From the NCBI GenBank assembly GCA_029939595.1, contig JAOZSQ010000002.1:2761-66760 (forward strand): DNA of 64,000 bases, written 5' to 3'. Origin of the DNA: Thermoplasmatota archaeon. GTDB lineage: Archaea; Thermoplasmatota; E2; DHVEG-1. Below the pieces are notes generated by a model. That model was not told the origin of the DNA and made no database searches. It was given only the letters and a program-made list of their open reading frames with translations. Each line of letters starts with the position of its first letter. Position 1 is the first letter of the stretch. Below are positions 38,956-49,400 of the stretch, piece after piece. A program made the position numbers and the translations under genes.

Positions 38956-40587
38956 ATGAAAAGAAAACAAATTGGAAAATGGGCTATATCATTATTAATC
39001 ATTGGATTAATGATAACAAGTACTCTTGTAATGCCCGCAGAAGAGGCAGAAAATAACGAATTTGCAAAAACATATGAAAAACTTGAAGTAAAAAAGGTTA
39101 CCAATAAGTTTTCATTTGTATCAGATTCATTGGAACTAAATAAAATAACAAAAGCATCATATTTACCAAGAGAAATAAAAAATCAAATTGGTATTGATCT
39201 TCCTATACTGGGTCTTGAAGGAATGGATGTATTAAATCCACATTTAGCAACAGACGGTGGAGGAAATATTTTGTTAGCTGGTGAAGGTTATGAAAGTTCA
39301 TTTAATTCTGATATTTATTTTAGATCATCAATAGATGGTGGACAATCTTGGTTACCCGAAGATGGTACAATCTGGTTTGATCTTGCTAGTGGAGGCATAA
39401 TTCCTGAAAAACCGGTTGTAGATTATTCAGGTGATTTAGGGGCTATTGGATCATTTTTACGATTAAATCCTGAGGGAATTCCCCAGTTTGACTTCGATAG
39501 CATTACTGACCCTGAAGCAGGCGATGGATGGCAACTATTAACATGGAATGATAATGATGAAGTTGATAGCATTGATGTTTGTGGTTGGAATAGTCAGTTT
39601 TCACCTGCTCCAGATTTTTCAAAAGGAATGATAGTATACACAGCAGATGATGATACTACAACCAACGTGATGCATCTTTTATGGTCAGACAGTGAAACAG
39701 GTGGTCAAAGTCTTTGGACTGGAAGTGGAGATGCAGACTATGAATGGGAAAATGTTAAGACTGATAACGATCTAGTAACGGGAATGCATTGGGAAGTATA
39801 TGAAATTTCATCAAATCAAGGAGAATTTGAACCAGGTATTGAGATTGAATGGTGTAGACTTGATGGAACAAATGATTGGTGGCAAAATAATGATTGGTAT
39901 GCAACAGATGTAATTGAAGGGGCAAGTAGTCCAGATATTGATTCAGCAAATGGAAAAATGTATTGTGTCTTTGAGTTAGATGGTGGTATTTACTGTGCAT
40001 ATTCAAATAATGATGGTGGAAATATTGACGTAATGGAGTTATCATCAACTGGAACAAACCCACATGTATCAATAGCAGGAGATAGTGTAATTATTACTTA
40101 TATCGATAATGGCAATCTTATCTCAGCTATCTCTGAAAATTCAGGGTCAAGTTGGGAAGAGAGCACTGTTAATGATGAAAGTGGAACCGTGATGGATGAT
40201 ACTCATAGTTCTCATATTGCAGGAGGTTATATGGCATGGACCTATGAAGGGTCAGAGTATACCTCACTTCTTTTTGATGTGGCGGGTGTTGATGTACCAA
40301 TCATAGAGATTGAAAGTGTATCTGGAGGTTTTGGGGTAAACGCAGTTATTGCAAACACTGGAACAGCAGACGCAACTGATGTTGATTATTCAATAACGGC
40401 AACCGGGGGAATTTTAGGAATGATCAATAAAGAATCTAGTGGAACAATATCGGTTAATGCAGGAGGGTCACAAACAATTTCGTTACCAATGATCATTGGA
40501 GTTGGTGCAGTTACCATTGAACTTATTGTTGGATCTGCTAGTGAAACTATCTCGGGAACACAACTATTTGTCTATACAAATATATAG
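38956..40587 (+). CDS. Secreted BNR/Asp-box repeat protein, paralog of 37019..38641
   Basis: Asp-boxes are RSSIDGGQSWLP and SENSGSSWEE. The C-terminal block is IEIESVSGGFGVNAVIANTGTADATDVDYSITATGG. It is collinear with the preceding paralog. Confidence 0.55.
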   Translation: MKRKQIGKWAISLLIIGLMITSTLVMPAEEAENNEFAKTYEKLEVKKVTNKFSFVSDSLELNKITKASYLPREIKNQIGIDLPILGLEGMDVLNPHLATDGGGNILLAGEGYESSFNSDIYFRSSIDGGQSWLPEDGTIWFDLASGGIIPEKPVVDYSGDLGAIGSFLRLNPEGIPQFDFDSITDPEAGDGWQLLTWNDNDEVDSIDVCGWNSQFSPAPDFSKGMIVYTADDDTTTNVMHLLWSDSETGGQSLWTGSGDADYEWENVKTDNDLVTGMHWEVYEISSNQGEFEPGIEIEWCRLDGTNDWWQNNDWYATDVIEGASSPDIDSANGKMYCVFELDGGIYCAYSNNDGGNIDVMELSSTGTNPHVSIAGDSVIITYIDNGNLISAISENSGSSWEESTVNDESGTVMDDTHSSHIAGGYMAWTYEGSEYTSLLFDVAGVDVPIIEIESVSGGFGVNAVIANTGTADATDVDYSITATGGILGMINKESSGTISVNAGGSQTISLPMIIGVGAVTIELIVGSASETISGTQLFVYTNI

Positions 40588-40783
40588 ACAACCTCTCTTT
40601 TTTCTTTTTTTTATTAATGATTGAAAAAATATTTGTAAATATTTATATATGTTGAAAAAAAATAATATATATTAACATTATTTGTAATAAATTACAAAAT
40701 TTAATAACTAATTTAACATTTGTTCAAAAATATAATCAAAAAATATTTATTGTAGTTCTTATCATAATATATATGGAGATATT

Positions 40784-42202
40784 ATGAAAAAAAAATTGGT
40801 TGTTTGTATAATAATAAGTCTATTTTTAATTAGCTATATTCCTTCGGGTTATGCGTTAATAAATAATCAGAGTATTGATCAGATGGAAAGAGGTCAATAC
40901 AAGTTGGTTGATAAGAACACTTTTTCAAAACAAAATTTAGAACATGGATTAATGAGGCCTGATGGTAACACGTTAAAAGAATGGAAAGAAGATTATTTTA
41001 AGGCAGAAAAAGCATATATTAATCCAAAATTAGCAAATAATATCATTGCAACTTCAAGTTATAGTATTTTAGATCTGTTGAATTATGTACCATCTGAAAG
41101 AAATCAGGGTTGGTGTGGAAATTGTTGGGCGTGGCCTGCTACAAGTGTTGTTGAAATCGCCCTCAATGTTCAAGAAGGGATTTATGAACGTTTATCTGTA
41201 CAATATATAAATTCTTGTGGATCTCAGGTGGGCGTAGGTTGTTGTGATGGAGGAAACCTAGATATTTTCTGCAGGTTTTATCGAAAAACAGATATAACGA
41301 TTCCATGGTCAAATACAAATGCGGATTGGCAAGATAATAGGGCTCAATGTGATACTTCATGCGATAGCATCTCAACAACACCATATTATCCAATATCTTC
41401 AATTTATGCAAGAACAATTGAAACACATGAAATTTCAGAAGAACAAGCAATTTCAAATATAAAAAATATACTTCATCAGCAGAAAGGCGTCTATTTTAGT
41501 TTTATATTGCCCGATGATGAATATCTAACTCATTTCAATGATTTTTGGAGTGATCAAAAAGAGGAAGATGTGTATAATATTGACTGGGCATGTGGTAAAG
41601 AATATATTGAAGATGAAGGTGCAGGTCATGCTGTTTTATGTGTAGGATACAACGATGAAGAGGGTATAGAAAATGATTATTGGATTATGCTGAACAGTTG
41701 GGGTATCACATCTGATAGATCCACAGGATTATTTCGTATGAATATGCATATGGATTATGATTGCACAATTGTTTATCAGAATCATGATTACTATTCATTT
41801 GATTTTGAAACATTAAATGTAACATTTACATCAGATGATGGAGCACCAAACCCTCCTGAAATACAAGGACCTAGCTCAGTTAAAAAAGATGAATCGAATA
41901 CATATCAAATAACAACAATAGATGTTCAAAACGATGAAGTATTTTATAAAATTGATTGGGATGATGGAACGGTAGATGGTTGGATTGGTCCATATTTGTC
42001 AGGTGAAACCATTGAAGTAAATCATTCTTGGGCAAAAAAAGATACTTATGTTATACATGTAAAAGCAAAGGATATCAATGAAGATGAAAGTCTTTGGTCT
42101 ACATTTGAAGTTAGTTTGTCAAAGAGAAAAGACATGGATTTTACATGGATACAATGGTTGTTTCAAAGAATCAATATTCTTTTTCCTTTTATTGTAAAAT
42201 AA
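40784..42202 (+). CDS. Secreted papain-family (C1) cysteine peptidase with the shared PKD-like C-terminal module and tail
   Basis: The active-site Cys is NQGWCGNCWAWPA, the His is AGHAVLCVGY and the Asn/Trp is LNSWG. The C-terminal block is KIDWDDGTVDGWIGPYLSGETIEVNHSWAKKDTYVIHVKAKDINEDESLWS. The tail is KRKDMDFTWIQWLFQRINILFPFIVK. Confidence 0.7.
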   Translation: MKKKLVVCIIISLFLISYIPSGYALINNQSIDQMERGQYKLVDKNTFSKQNLEHGLMRPDGNTLKEWKEDYFKAEKAYINPKLANNIIATSSYSILDLLNYVPSERNQGWCGNCWAWPATSVVEIALNVQEGIYERLSVQYINSCGSQVGVGCCDGGNLDIFCRFYRKTDITIPWSNTNADWQDNRAQCDTSCDSISTTPYYPISSIYARTIETHEISEEQAISNIKNILHQQKGVYFSFILPDDEYLTHFNDFWSDQKEEDVYNIDWACGKEYIEDEGAGHAVLCVGYNDEEGIENDYWIMLNSWGITSDRSTGLFRMNMHMDYDCTIVYQNHDYYSFDFETLNVTFTSDDGAPNPPEIQGPSSVKKDESNTYQITTIDVQNDEVFYKIDWDDGTVDGWIGPYLSGETIEVNHSWAKKDTYVIHVKAKDINEDESLWSTFEVSLSKRKDMDFTWIQWLFQRINILFPFIVK

Positions 42203-42341
42203 AGGGAAATTCTTCCCTTCTTTTTTTTAAATTCTTATCATTACTATAATAATTTATAATATTAAAGTTTTCTAATTAAATTTATTTTTTAGGGAAATAA
42301 TAAATAATTAAAAATATATTCACATTATAAGTGAAAATGCG

Positions 42342-43232
42342 ATGAACAAAACAAACATATCAATAATTATTCTAATTTTGATTTTACTAGTAACACAATT
42401 TCAAGGTTGTATTACTAATGAACCCACTGATAATATATTTTATGAGAAGAATACATTTTATGTAGATATCGATGGTTCAACAAACTTTAGTTCAATTCAG
42501 AATGCAATTAATGCAGCACCGGCTAATTATACAATCTCTATCTTAAATGGGCATTATAAAGAGAACTTGATAATAAACAAACCATTAACGATAGTGGGTG
42601 AAAACCCTTTAACAACGTTTATTGATGGAAATGACACAGAAGATGTAATAGTTATTAATAATGATAGTGTAACGATCTCAAATTGTAGCATTTTTGGAAG
42701 TGGAAGAACTCAAAATGATGCAGGCATCCATATTAATTCTAAATATGTAATTATTAAAAATAATATAATATATGATAACAAATGTGGAATTTATGCAAGA
42801 ACTGCATCTTATGCTGATATTAATAATAATACTTTCAAATTAAACAATGAATATGGGGTTTATGTATATTCTTCATCAAATACAAAGCTTATTGACAATG
42901 AATTTTATTCAAATGATTGTAGTTTAAGAATCAAAGGATCTCAACATTGTGAAGTAATCCGAAATCGATTTAATGATAGTATGCAGGGGATGTACTTTTG
43001 TTGTGGAGCAAAACAAAATACAGTTTATCACAATACATTTCTAAATCATACTAAATGGAATGCAGATGATCAAGTTGGATCAAATAGTTGGAATAGTATA
43101 AATCTTTCAGAAGGTAATTATTGGGATGATTACTTTGGGGTGGATGAAAATGATGATGGTATTGGTGATAGTGCATACAATGTTACAAATACTGGCAGAA
43201 AAGATTTTTTCCCTTTAATGAATCCAATATAA
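42342..43232 (+). CDS. Secreted/lipoprotein-like parallel beta-helix (NosD/CASH-like) protein, short form lacking the PKD+tail module
   Basis: Signal peptide with FQGC (lipobox-like). PbH1 repeats present. The C-terminal motif DENDDGIGDSAY is homologous to the 29408 protein. The protein stops right after the CASH motif. Confidence 0.6.
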   Translation: MNKTNISIIILILILLVTQFQGCITNEPTDNIFYEKNTFYVDIDGSTNFSSIQNAINAAPANYTISILNGHYKENLIINKPLTIVGENPLTTFIDGNDTEDVIVINNDSVTISNCSIFGSGRTQNDAGIHINSKYVIIKNNIIYDNKCGIYARTASYADINNNTFKLNNEYGVYVYSSSNTKLIDNEFYSNDCSLRIKGSQHCEVIRNRFNDSMQGMYFCCGAKQNTVYHNTFLNHTKWNADDQVGSNSWNSINLSEGNYWDDYFGVDENDDGIGDSAYNVTNTGRKDFFPLMNPI

Positions 43233-43354
43233 AAATTATTATTTTCATTTATTCTTTTTAAAATATGAATGATGCAATAATATTAATCAACAATTTGTTA
43301 TTGTGAATTGTAAAAATGAAAAAAAGAAGAGAATTAAAATTCCAAATTATCTAT

Positions 43355-43945
43355 TTATAAAAATGTTTGAAATAGATTAAACAGAATTGGAAAACGTTCA
43401 AAAAATATTGTACTTAACTTGTTCTTTGGTACAATTGCAGCACCCAATGCGCTTGTTTCATTATGATATAATGGAACAATATTCCCATAGGCGACATTTA
43501 TTGAAAGAATTAATGATTCACCTCGATTAACTTCTACATCATTCAAATAAAGTGATCCTGATTTTTGTGTAGGAGTCTGTGTAATATTTAAAGATATATT
43601 TTCATTATCAAGAGATAATGCCAAAGTAATTATTCCTTCATCAGTTAAACTTTCACAATTCATGTCATAATCAATATAAAAATCAACAATTTCACTTTTG
43701 GAGCTAATTTTTATAAGAAGATTAGATTCAACAGAAGCATCTAAAACACTTGAGGTTCCATTTCCCCAAATCGAGGCATATCCAAGATATATCTCTTCAT
43801 TATTTGTTTTGTATGTTGTAATAGCGCTGTTTGCATTAATTCCACTGCAAAATATTGAAATCATTAAAAATGCTACAAAACCCGAATATAAATATCGACT
43901 ACTTTTTTTCATATCAATTAACCTAATGATATTAATATTATACAT
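43355..43945 (-). CDS. Secreted hypothetical protein
   Basis: Signal peptide/N-terminal anchor present. No recognisable domain. Confidence 0.35.
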   Translation of the reverse strand: MYNINIIRLIDMKKSSRYLYSGFVAFLMISIFCSGINANSAITTYKTNNEEIYLGYASIWGNGTSSVLDASVESNLLIKISSKSEIVDFYIDYDMNCESLTDEGIITLALSLDNENISLNITQTPTQKSGSLYLNDVEVNRGESLILSINVAYGNIVPLYHNETSALGAAIVPKNKLSTIFFERFPILFNLFQTFL

Positions 43946-44083
43946 CTATTTAAATGTATTTAGATTGTTTAAATAAAGCAAAATTCTTTCTATAATATAA
44001 TTAATCAGATTTTTATGATAAACAATCAAATTAGTAAAATTATATATATTAACAAAATATATTAATTATTAGGTATCTGACAC

Positions 44084-46270
44084 ATGAATAAAATTTATTA
44101 TTTATTTATAATTATAAGTTTATTAATTAATTCATCCATTGCCATTAGCCTTAATCAAGATGAAGATTTAAAAATAATATATAACTTTGATTCTCCTTCA
44201 TTTCAAAAGATACAGATAAATGGAACAATTTATGATGAGATCACAATTCCAAATCTTTCAACGATGGCAGACCCTGGATTACCAAGTTTGCCTATAAAGG
44301 GTGGTTATATTAGTATACCATATAATTCAAATGTTAAAAGTATATCTGCAACATATTCTAACCAGATAAACTTAGGGAAAGGATTTATTATAAAACCAGG
44401 GTCAACACCCGTTCCAATGTCACATCAAGAACAAGCCCAAGCACCAATTGCAAATACTCAAATTTATACATCTGATACTATGTATCCAGGGACATTATAT
44501 TCTGAGATTGGAACTTATAAATGTAAAGGATTTGAAATTCTTGTTCTTACGTTACATCCTATTCAATACATACCTAAAACTGGAGAAATAATTTTTTATT
44601 CCTCTATCGAAATTACTATTGAAGTTTCAGAAAAACAGAATAATTATTTAGAATCACGAGGCTTAGAAGAAGATATAATTCAAATTAATAATATGGTTGA
44701 TAATCCCCAAATATTGAATTCATATCCTCTAAAAACAAAAACAACATCAATGGAATCTTATGATTATCTTATTATTACTACTCAGGAATTAAAAGAAGGA
44801 TTTATCCCATTACAACAGACACAAGAAAAAAGAGGGATTAAAACACAAATAAAAACACTTCGTGATATTACTTTAACTCCGAATTATATAACACCAGAAG
44901 ATATCAGAGAATATATAAAACAGCAATATCAACATAATGGAATTGAGTATGTATTAATTGGTGGTGATGCAGATATTGTACCTGCAAAAATGCTTTATGT
45001 CTATGGACTTGATGAGGAGAAATGGCCATATGAAACATTTTTACCTTCGGACTTGTATTATTCTTGTTTAGATGGAACCTATAATAATGATGGGGATGAT
45101 CGTTGGGGTGAACCAACAGATGGAGAAAATGGAAATGATGTTGATCTTTTCGCTGAGGTATATGTAGGTAGAGCAAGTGTTGGGGATTTAATTGAAGTAG
45201 GATATTTTGTAAATAAAACTATCTCTTATTTATCCACCTCTAATTCTAATGAGTATATCAATACATTTCTTATGGCAGGGGAATATCTTGGTAGCCATGG
45301 TGTTGCTAGTTGGGGTGGAAATTATCTAGATCTTCTTATTGATGAGGCATCTGAAGATGGTTATATAACATCCGGCATTCCTTCTGAAAAATTTCAAATT
45401 AATAAATTATACGATCGTGAAAATGAATGGACTGCAAATGATATGATCAATGCAATAAACGATGGTGTTCATGTAATAAATCATGATGGACATTCTAATT
45501 ATGGGTATAATATGAAGATGGTAAATGGTCATGTTTATTCATTAACAAATGATGAGTATTGTTTTGCTTATTCAGTTGGATGTATGGCAGGTGGCTTTGA
45601 TGATCCTCAAGGGTCTGACTGTTTTGCTGAATATCTTACTGTAAAAACTGATCATGGAGCATTTGCAGCTATCATGAATGCAAGGTATGGTTGGTTTTGG
45701 TCTCATAGTACTGATGGTGATGGAACAAGATTTGCACGTGAATTTTGGGATAGTGTTTTTGGTGAAAAAACACCTGTGATAAGTAAAGCAAATCAAGATT
45801 CAAAAGAAGATAACCTGTATCTCATAGGTCGTTCTTGTATGAGGTGGACATATTATGAATTAAATCTCTTTGGAGATCCAACTATTTCACTTCGTGTAAG
45901 TGAACCCCCAAATACACCAGATATGCCAAATGGACCTCAAACTGGAAAAATAAAAATAAATTACGAATATGCAACAACTTCAATTGATTCTGAAGGGGAT
46001 GATATATATTATCTCTTTAATTGGGGAGATGGAACGTATTCTGAATGGCTTGGCCCTTATTCTTCAGGGGAAGAAATCAAAGAAGAACATCAATGGCTTG
46101 AACATGGCGATTATCAAATACAAGTGAAAGCAAAGGATGAACATGGTGCAGAAAGTGAATGGTCAGATTATCTTATACTAAACATTCCAAAAAATAAAAA
46201 CATTCAATTTCCGTTTCTTGAATGGATTATAGAACAAATTTATTTTCTTAAAATGTTTTTTCTTAATTAG
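44084..46270 (+). CDS. Secreted clan-CD (C25 gingipain-like) cysteine peptidase with an N-terminal propeptide-like region and the shared PKD-like C-terminal module with tail
   Basis: The His block is VINHDGHSNYGY and the Cys block is FAYSVGCMAGGFDD. The C-terminal block is FNWGDGTYSEWLGPYSSGEEIKEEHQWLEHGDYQIQVKAKDEHGAESEWS. The tail is PKNKNIQFPFLEWIIEQIYFLKMFFLN. Confidence 0.65.
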   Translation: MNKIYYLFIIISLLINSSIAISLNQDEDLKIIYNFDSPSFQKIQINGTIYDEITIPNLSTMADPGLPSLPIKGGYISIPYNSNVKSISATYSNQINLGKGFIIKPGSTPVPMSHQEQAQAPIANTQIYTSDTMYPGTLYSEIGTYKCKGFEILVLTLHPIQYIPKTGEIIFYSSIEITIEVSEKQNNYLESRGLEEDIIQINNMVDNPQILNSYPLKTKTTSMESYDYLIITTQELKEGFIPLQQTQEKRGIKTQIKTLRDITLTPNYITPEDIREYIKQQYQHNGIEYVLIGGDADIVPAKMLYVYGLDEEKWPYETFLPSDLYYSCLDGTYNNDGDDRWGEPTDGENGNDVDLFAEVYVGRASVGDLIEVGYFVNKTISYLSTSNSNEYINTFLMAGEYLGSHGVASWGGNYLDLLIDEASEDGYITSGIPSEKFQINKLYDRENEWTANDMINAINDGVHVINHDGHSNYGYNMKMVNGHVYSLTNDEYCFAYSVGCMAGGFDDPQGSDCFAEYLTVKTDHGAFAAIMNARYGWFWSHSTDGDGTRFAREFWDSVFGEKTPVISKANQDSKEDNLYLIGRSCMRWTYYELNLFGDPTISLRVSEPPNTPDMPNGPQTGKIKINYEYATTSIDSEGDDIYYLFNWGDGTYSEWLGPYSSGEEIKEEHQWLEHGDYQIQVKAKDEHGAESEWSDYLILNIPKNKNIQFPFLEWIIEQIYFLKMFFLN

Positions 46271-46427
46271 CGACAGTGGATTTTGATTGATCTTATAAGA
46301 TTAATGAAATTGAAATTATATTATAGATGAGAAAATTTTCTATTTCTACTTATTTCAAAAGATATTGAATGGCGATTTCTTAAAAGTATTAATGAAAATT
46401 AAAAAAGAAAAAAAAGGAGGGGATGGT

Positions 46428-49400
46428 TTAGGATAATATTGGTACCGGTTCAACCCATGTTGGATTATAGACTTGAAGTGTTGGATCACCAAAAATTACA
46501 TTGTTGCTACTGATTCCATCGGCAAAAAATGATGCACTACCATATACTGATGATGGATCACCAGTTGTAAAATCTCTATTGACAATCCAGTGGGATTGTG
46601 AGAAAGCTTCACCAAGTGTGTATCCTTTGATTAATACATCTCGAAGAATCCATGTTTTATATAAATCATCAACAAGTGTATATCCAGAGCCTAAACATCC
46701 TGCATAAAGAGCAGTTCCATGAGATAGATATACAATTGGGCCAAAATGAGATGTAGTTGTACAGGAGCTCCAAATATCTATTTCACTATGTAGATTTTCA
46801 AATAATTGATCAACCCATTTAAAATGAATCAGATCATAAAGGCTTGGTTCTTCTGCATTATAAATTGACATTGATTGATCTCGGATTGTTTTTGTCTGAC
46901 GTTCATCATAACCTGAATAACCTGCCCATGAATCCCACCATTCAAAGTCATATAATGACTCATGGTATGGTTCTGCAAGCGGAAATTGTTCTTTCATATT
47001 TTTGTATTGTGAAGATATTCCTGATCCACCTGTGCCATGACCTGAATAAATTGAGATTAATGCACCCTTGTTATATCGTTCTAAAAAGTTTTCCCACATA
47101 CAATGACCTTCATAAAACCGGTTAAATGATGAAAATGAATTTTTATTGTCTCGTGGTGCATAAGTTGTATATCTTACACCATCATTGCCAGTATGGTCAT
47201 ATTGCCCTGTAAAATAGTTCATATGTTGCGATGTTGTAACATCTTTTCCAGGGTTGGCATAAATAAGTGCTGGATAGAGGATATTACGAACAATTATTGC
47301 AGATGAAAAAGCAGTTGTTTCGACAGGAATTAAACCAGCATATGAGTTATTTCCAGTCATCGCTCTTCCAATTGAATCGCGGATGTCAGTGTCCCTTGGT
47401 GAAACAAAAATGTAGATCTCCTGTCCTTCATTATCAAGACCATACTCGTCAATAAGAGAATGTAAATCATCATATACTGTTGTTAACCATTGCATTTTTA
47501 GATCAAGTCCAAATGGTGGAAGTGTTTGATCATTTGTAAAAAAGTATATGATTAAATCCAACAATGAAGGAGGATTTGTCATTCCTATTGGTTCATCCAT
47601 CATTGGAAGATGACCTAGTGATCGAGTTCCATGGTAGTAATCTCCAGTGAATTCTCGATAGGTTTGATACATATCAATTGTATTGTAGGCATCTTTTGCC
47701 TCTGCAATATTAATAACTGGACTTCCATGGAATGCAGCAATCATGCCAGATGGGCCAAAATATCCATCTCCAGTTGCAAAAGATGTAACCGTAATGACGT
47801 TTTCGGAATTTGAATCTGTTTTTATCGCCGTTATTACATCCTGTAATGTTGAATATTTTGTTACTGTTCCACTAGGGGATGCTGCGCTAACGTCATCAAT
47901 ATTTACAAAGATTATATTTGATATTCCTAATTCAGTTAAAGTATTTGATGTTTCAGATGGAACCTCATTTTCATTTACATAAAGGAGTGGTACATGTTTT
48001 TGAGAGGCAAGTACTGCTGCATTTGCTGCTGACAAGCCTGCTGCAACACGATTTGGATTATGTTCTCTTATTGTAGCTTGAATGTGATATGATCCATCAA
48101 ATGATGCATCCCATGTATCAAGATTTAAATAAGGTACCACTAGTGCAGTCCATGTTCCCTGCATTGGATTATGGATTTCAACTGAGAATTCAGTGTGAGG
48201 GTCAATTATCATATGTCGATATTCGTCTTCATCATGTTCCCAATGTCCACCGTTCCATTGATGTATTGGTTTAATTTCTCCCCCATTCCAATGAGGATAT
48301 TGTGGTCGTCTAACATTTCCTTCTGGATCAATAAGATATGCAATTAAATCTGATTCAGACTGGGTTGAAAGCGTTACCTTTAAACTGCTATCAGATGGTC
48401 CAACATCAATTGTATGGCGATTTCCTGAATATTTCATTACCGTTAGTGCTTCTAACCCCTCTATATCTGTAACATGTGGAACCCAGATACCAGGTTTTGT
48501 TATTGGGAAAAACGTGTCTTTATCTGCACCATTTGAACCACTATCATGAGGCCACCAATCTGCCATAAATGCTTCATATCTTGGTGTTAATACCATTGTG
48601 TCTCCTGCGAATTCATCTCCTTCTGCTTGGAGATATATTGCAGCCCATTTTGATCCAATATACATTGTTTTTGAGTAAAAATCAGAAGAAAACTCTGTTA
48701 AATCACCAGGTAGAAATCTATCGGTTTCCTTTTCACATGATAAAGATACATCTTGATCGATTACAATATTGATTATGTCCTCAAAGTTACTACCATCAAT
48801 TGCAAGTACTGCTGTATCGACTGTCTCCCAATGTTGGGTTGCAATATCTGCGGCTGCTTGAATTGGATCTAATGGAATTAGATATTCTTGTGGTGTCAAA
48901 TCATGACGGTCAAGATAAGTATTCCAGTCATCAAGTAAATATTGGGTGGTATCATCAATGGATGTGAACCAATTTGGAATTATATCGTTACCTTGATAGA
49001 CAATTGGAGAAACATATCGTTTTCCATTTTCAATATAATTGGCAGCTGGAATTGCTGCTAAATACCCATATTCATCTTTTGTACTTTCTTGATCATCATT
49101 AATTATGAATGTTTGTGCTATTGGAATGATTTCATTTTGTAAGGGTTTCAACGATGGCGGCGCTTCTGCTTCACCTCCAAGAGATAATTCAAGTTCATAT
49201 ACCCCGGAACCATACAAGTAATAATTATCAGGCCACTTACTTTCATCCCAACCTGGGAAGATATCAATTTGAATTTTCCATGTTCCCGTGATGTCTGCAG
49301 GATATTCTAATATATCTTCACCATAGAATTGTGCTGAATGTACATGTTCTCCATTTGGATTATATAGATGAATATCAAAATCCGATTCTTCTTCGGGTTT

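Noticed and set aside
29408-46270. Calling the shared C-terminal module a homolog of the bacterial T9SS C-terminal domain
   Set aside because: The resemblance is conceptual only: gingipain-like cargo with a conserved C-terminal domain. The sequence pattern here is PKD-like and the T9SS CTD has a different fold signature. No T9SS components are visible. It is reported as an analogy, not a homology claim.
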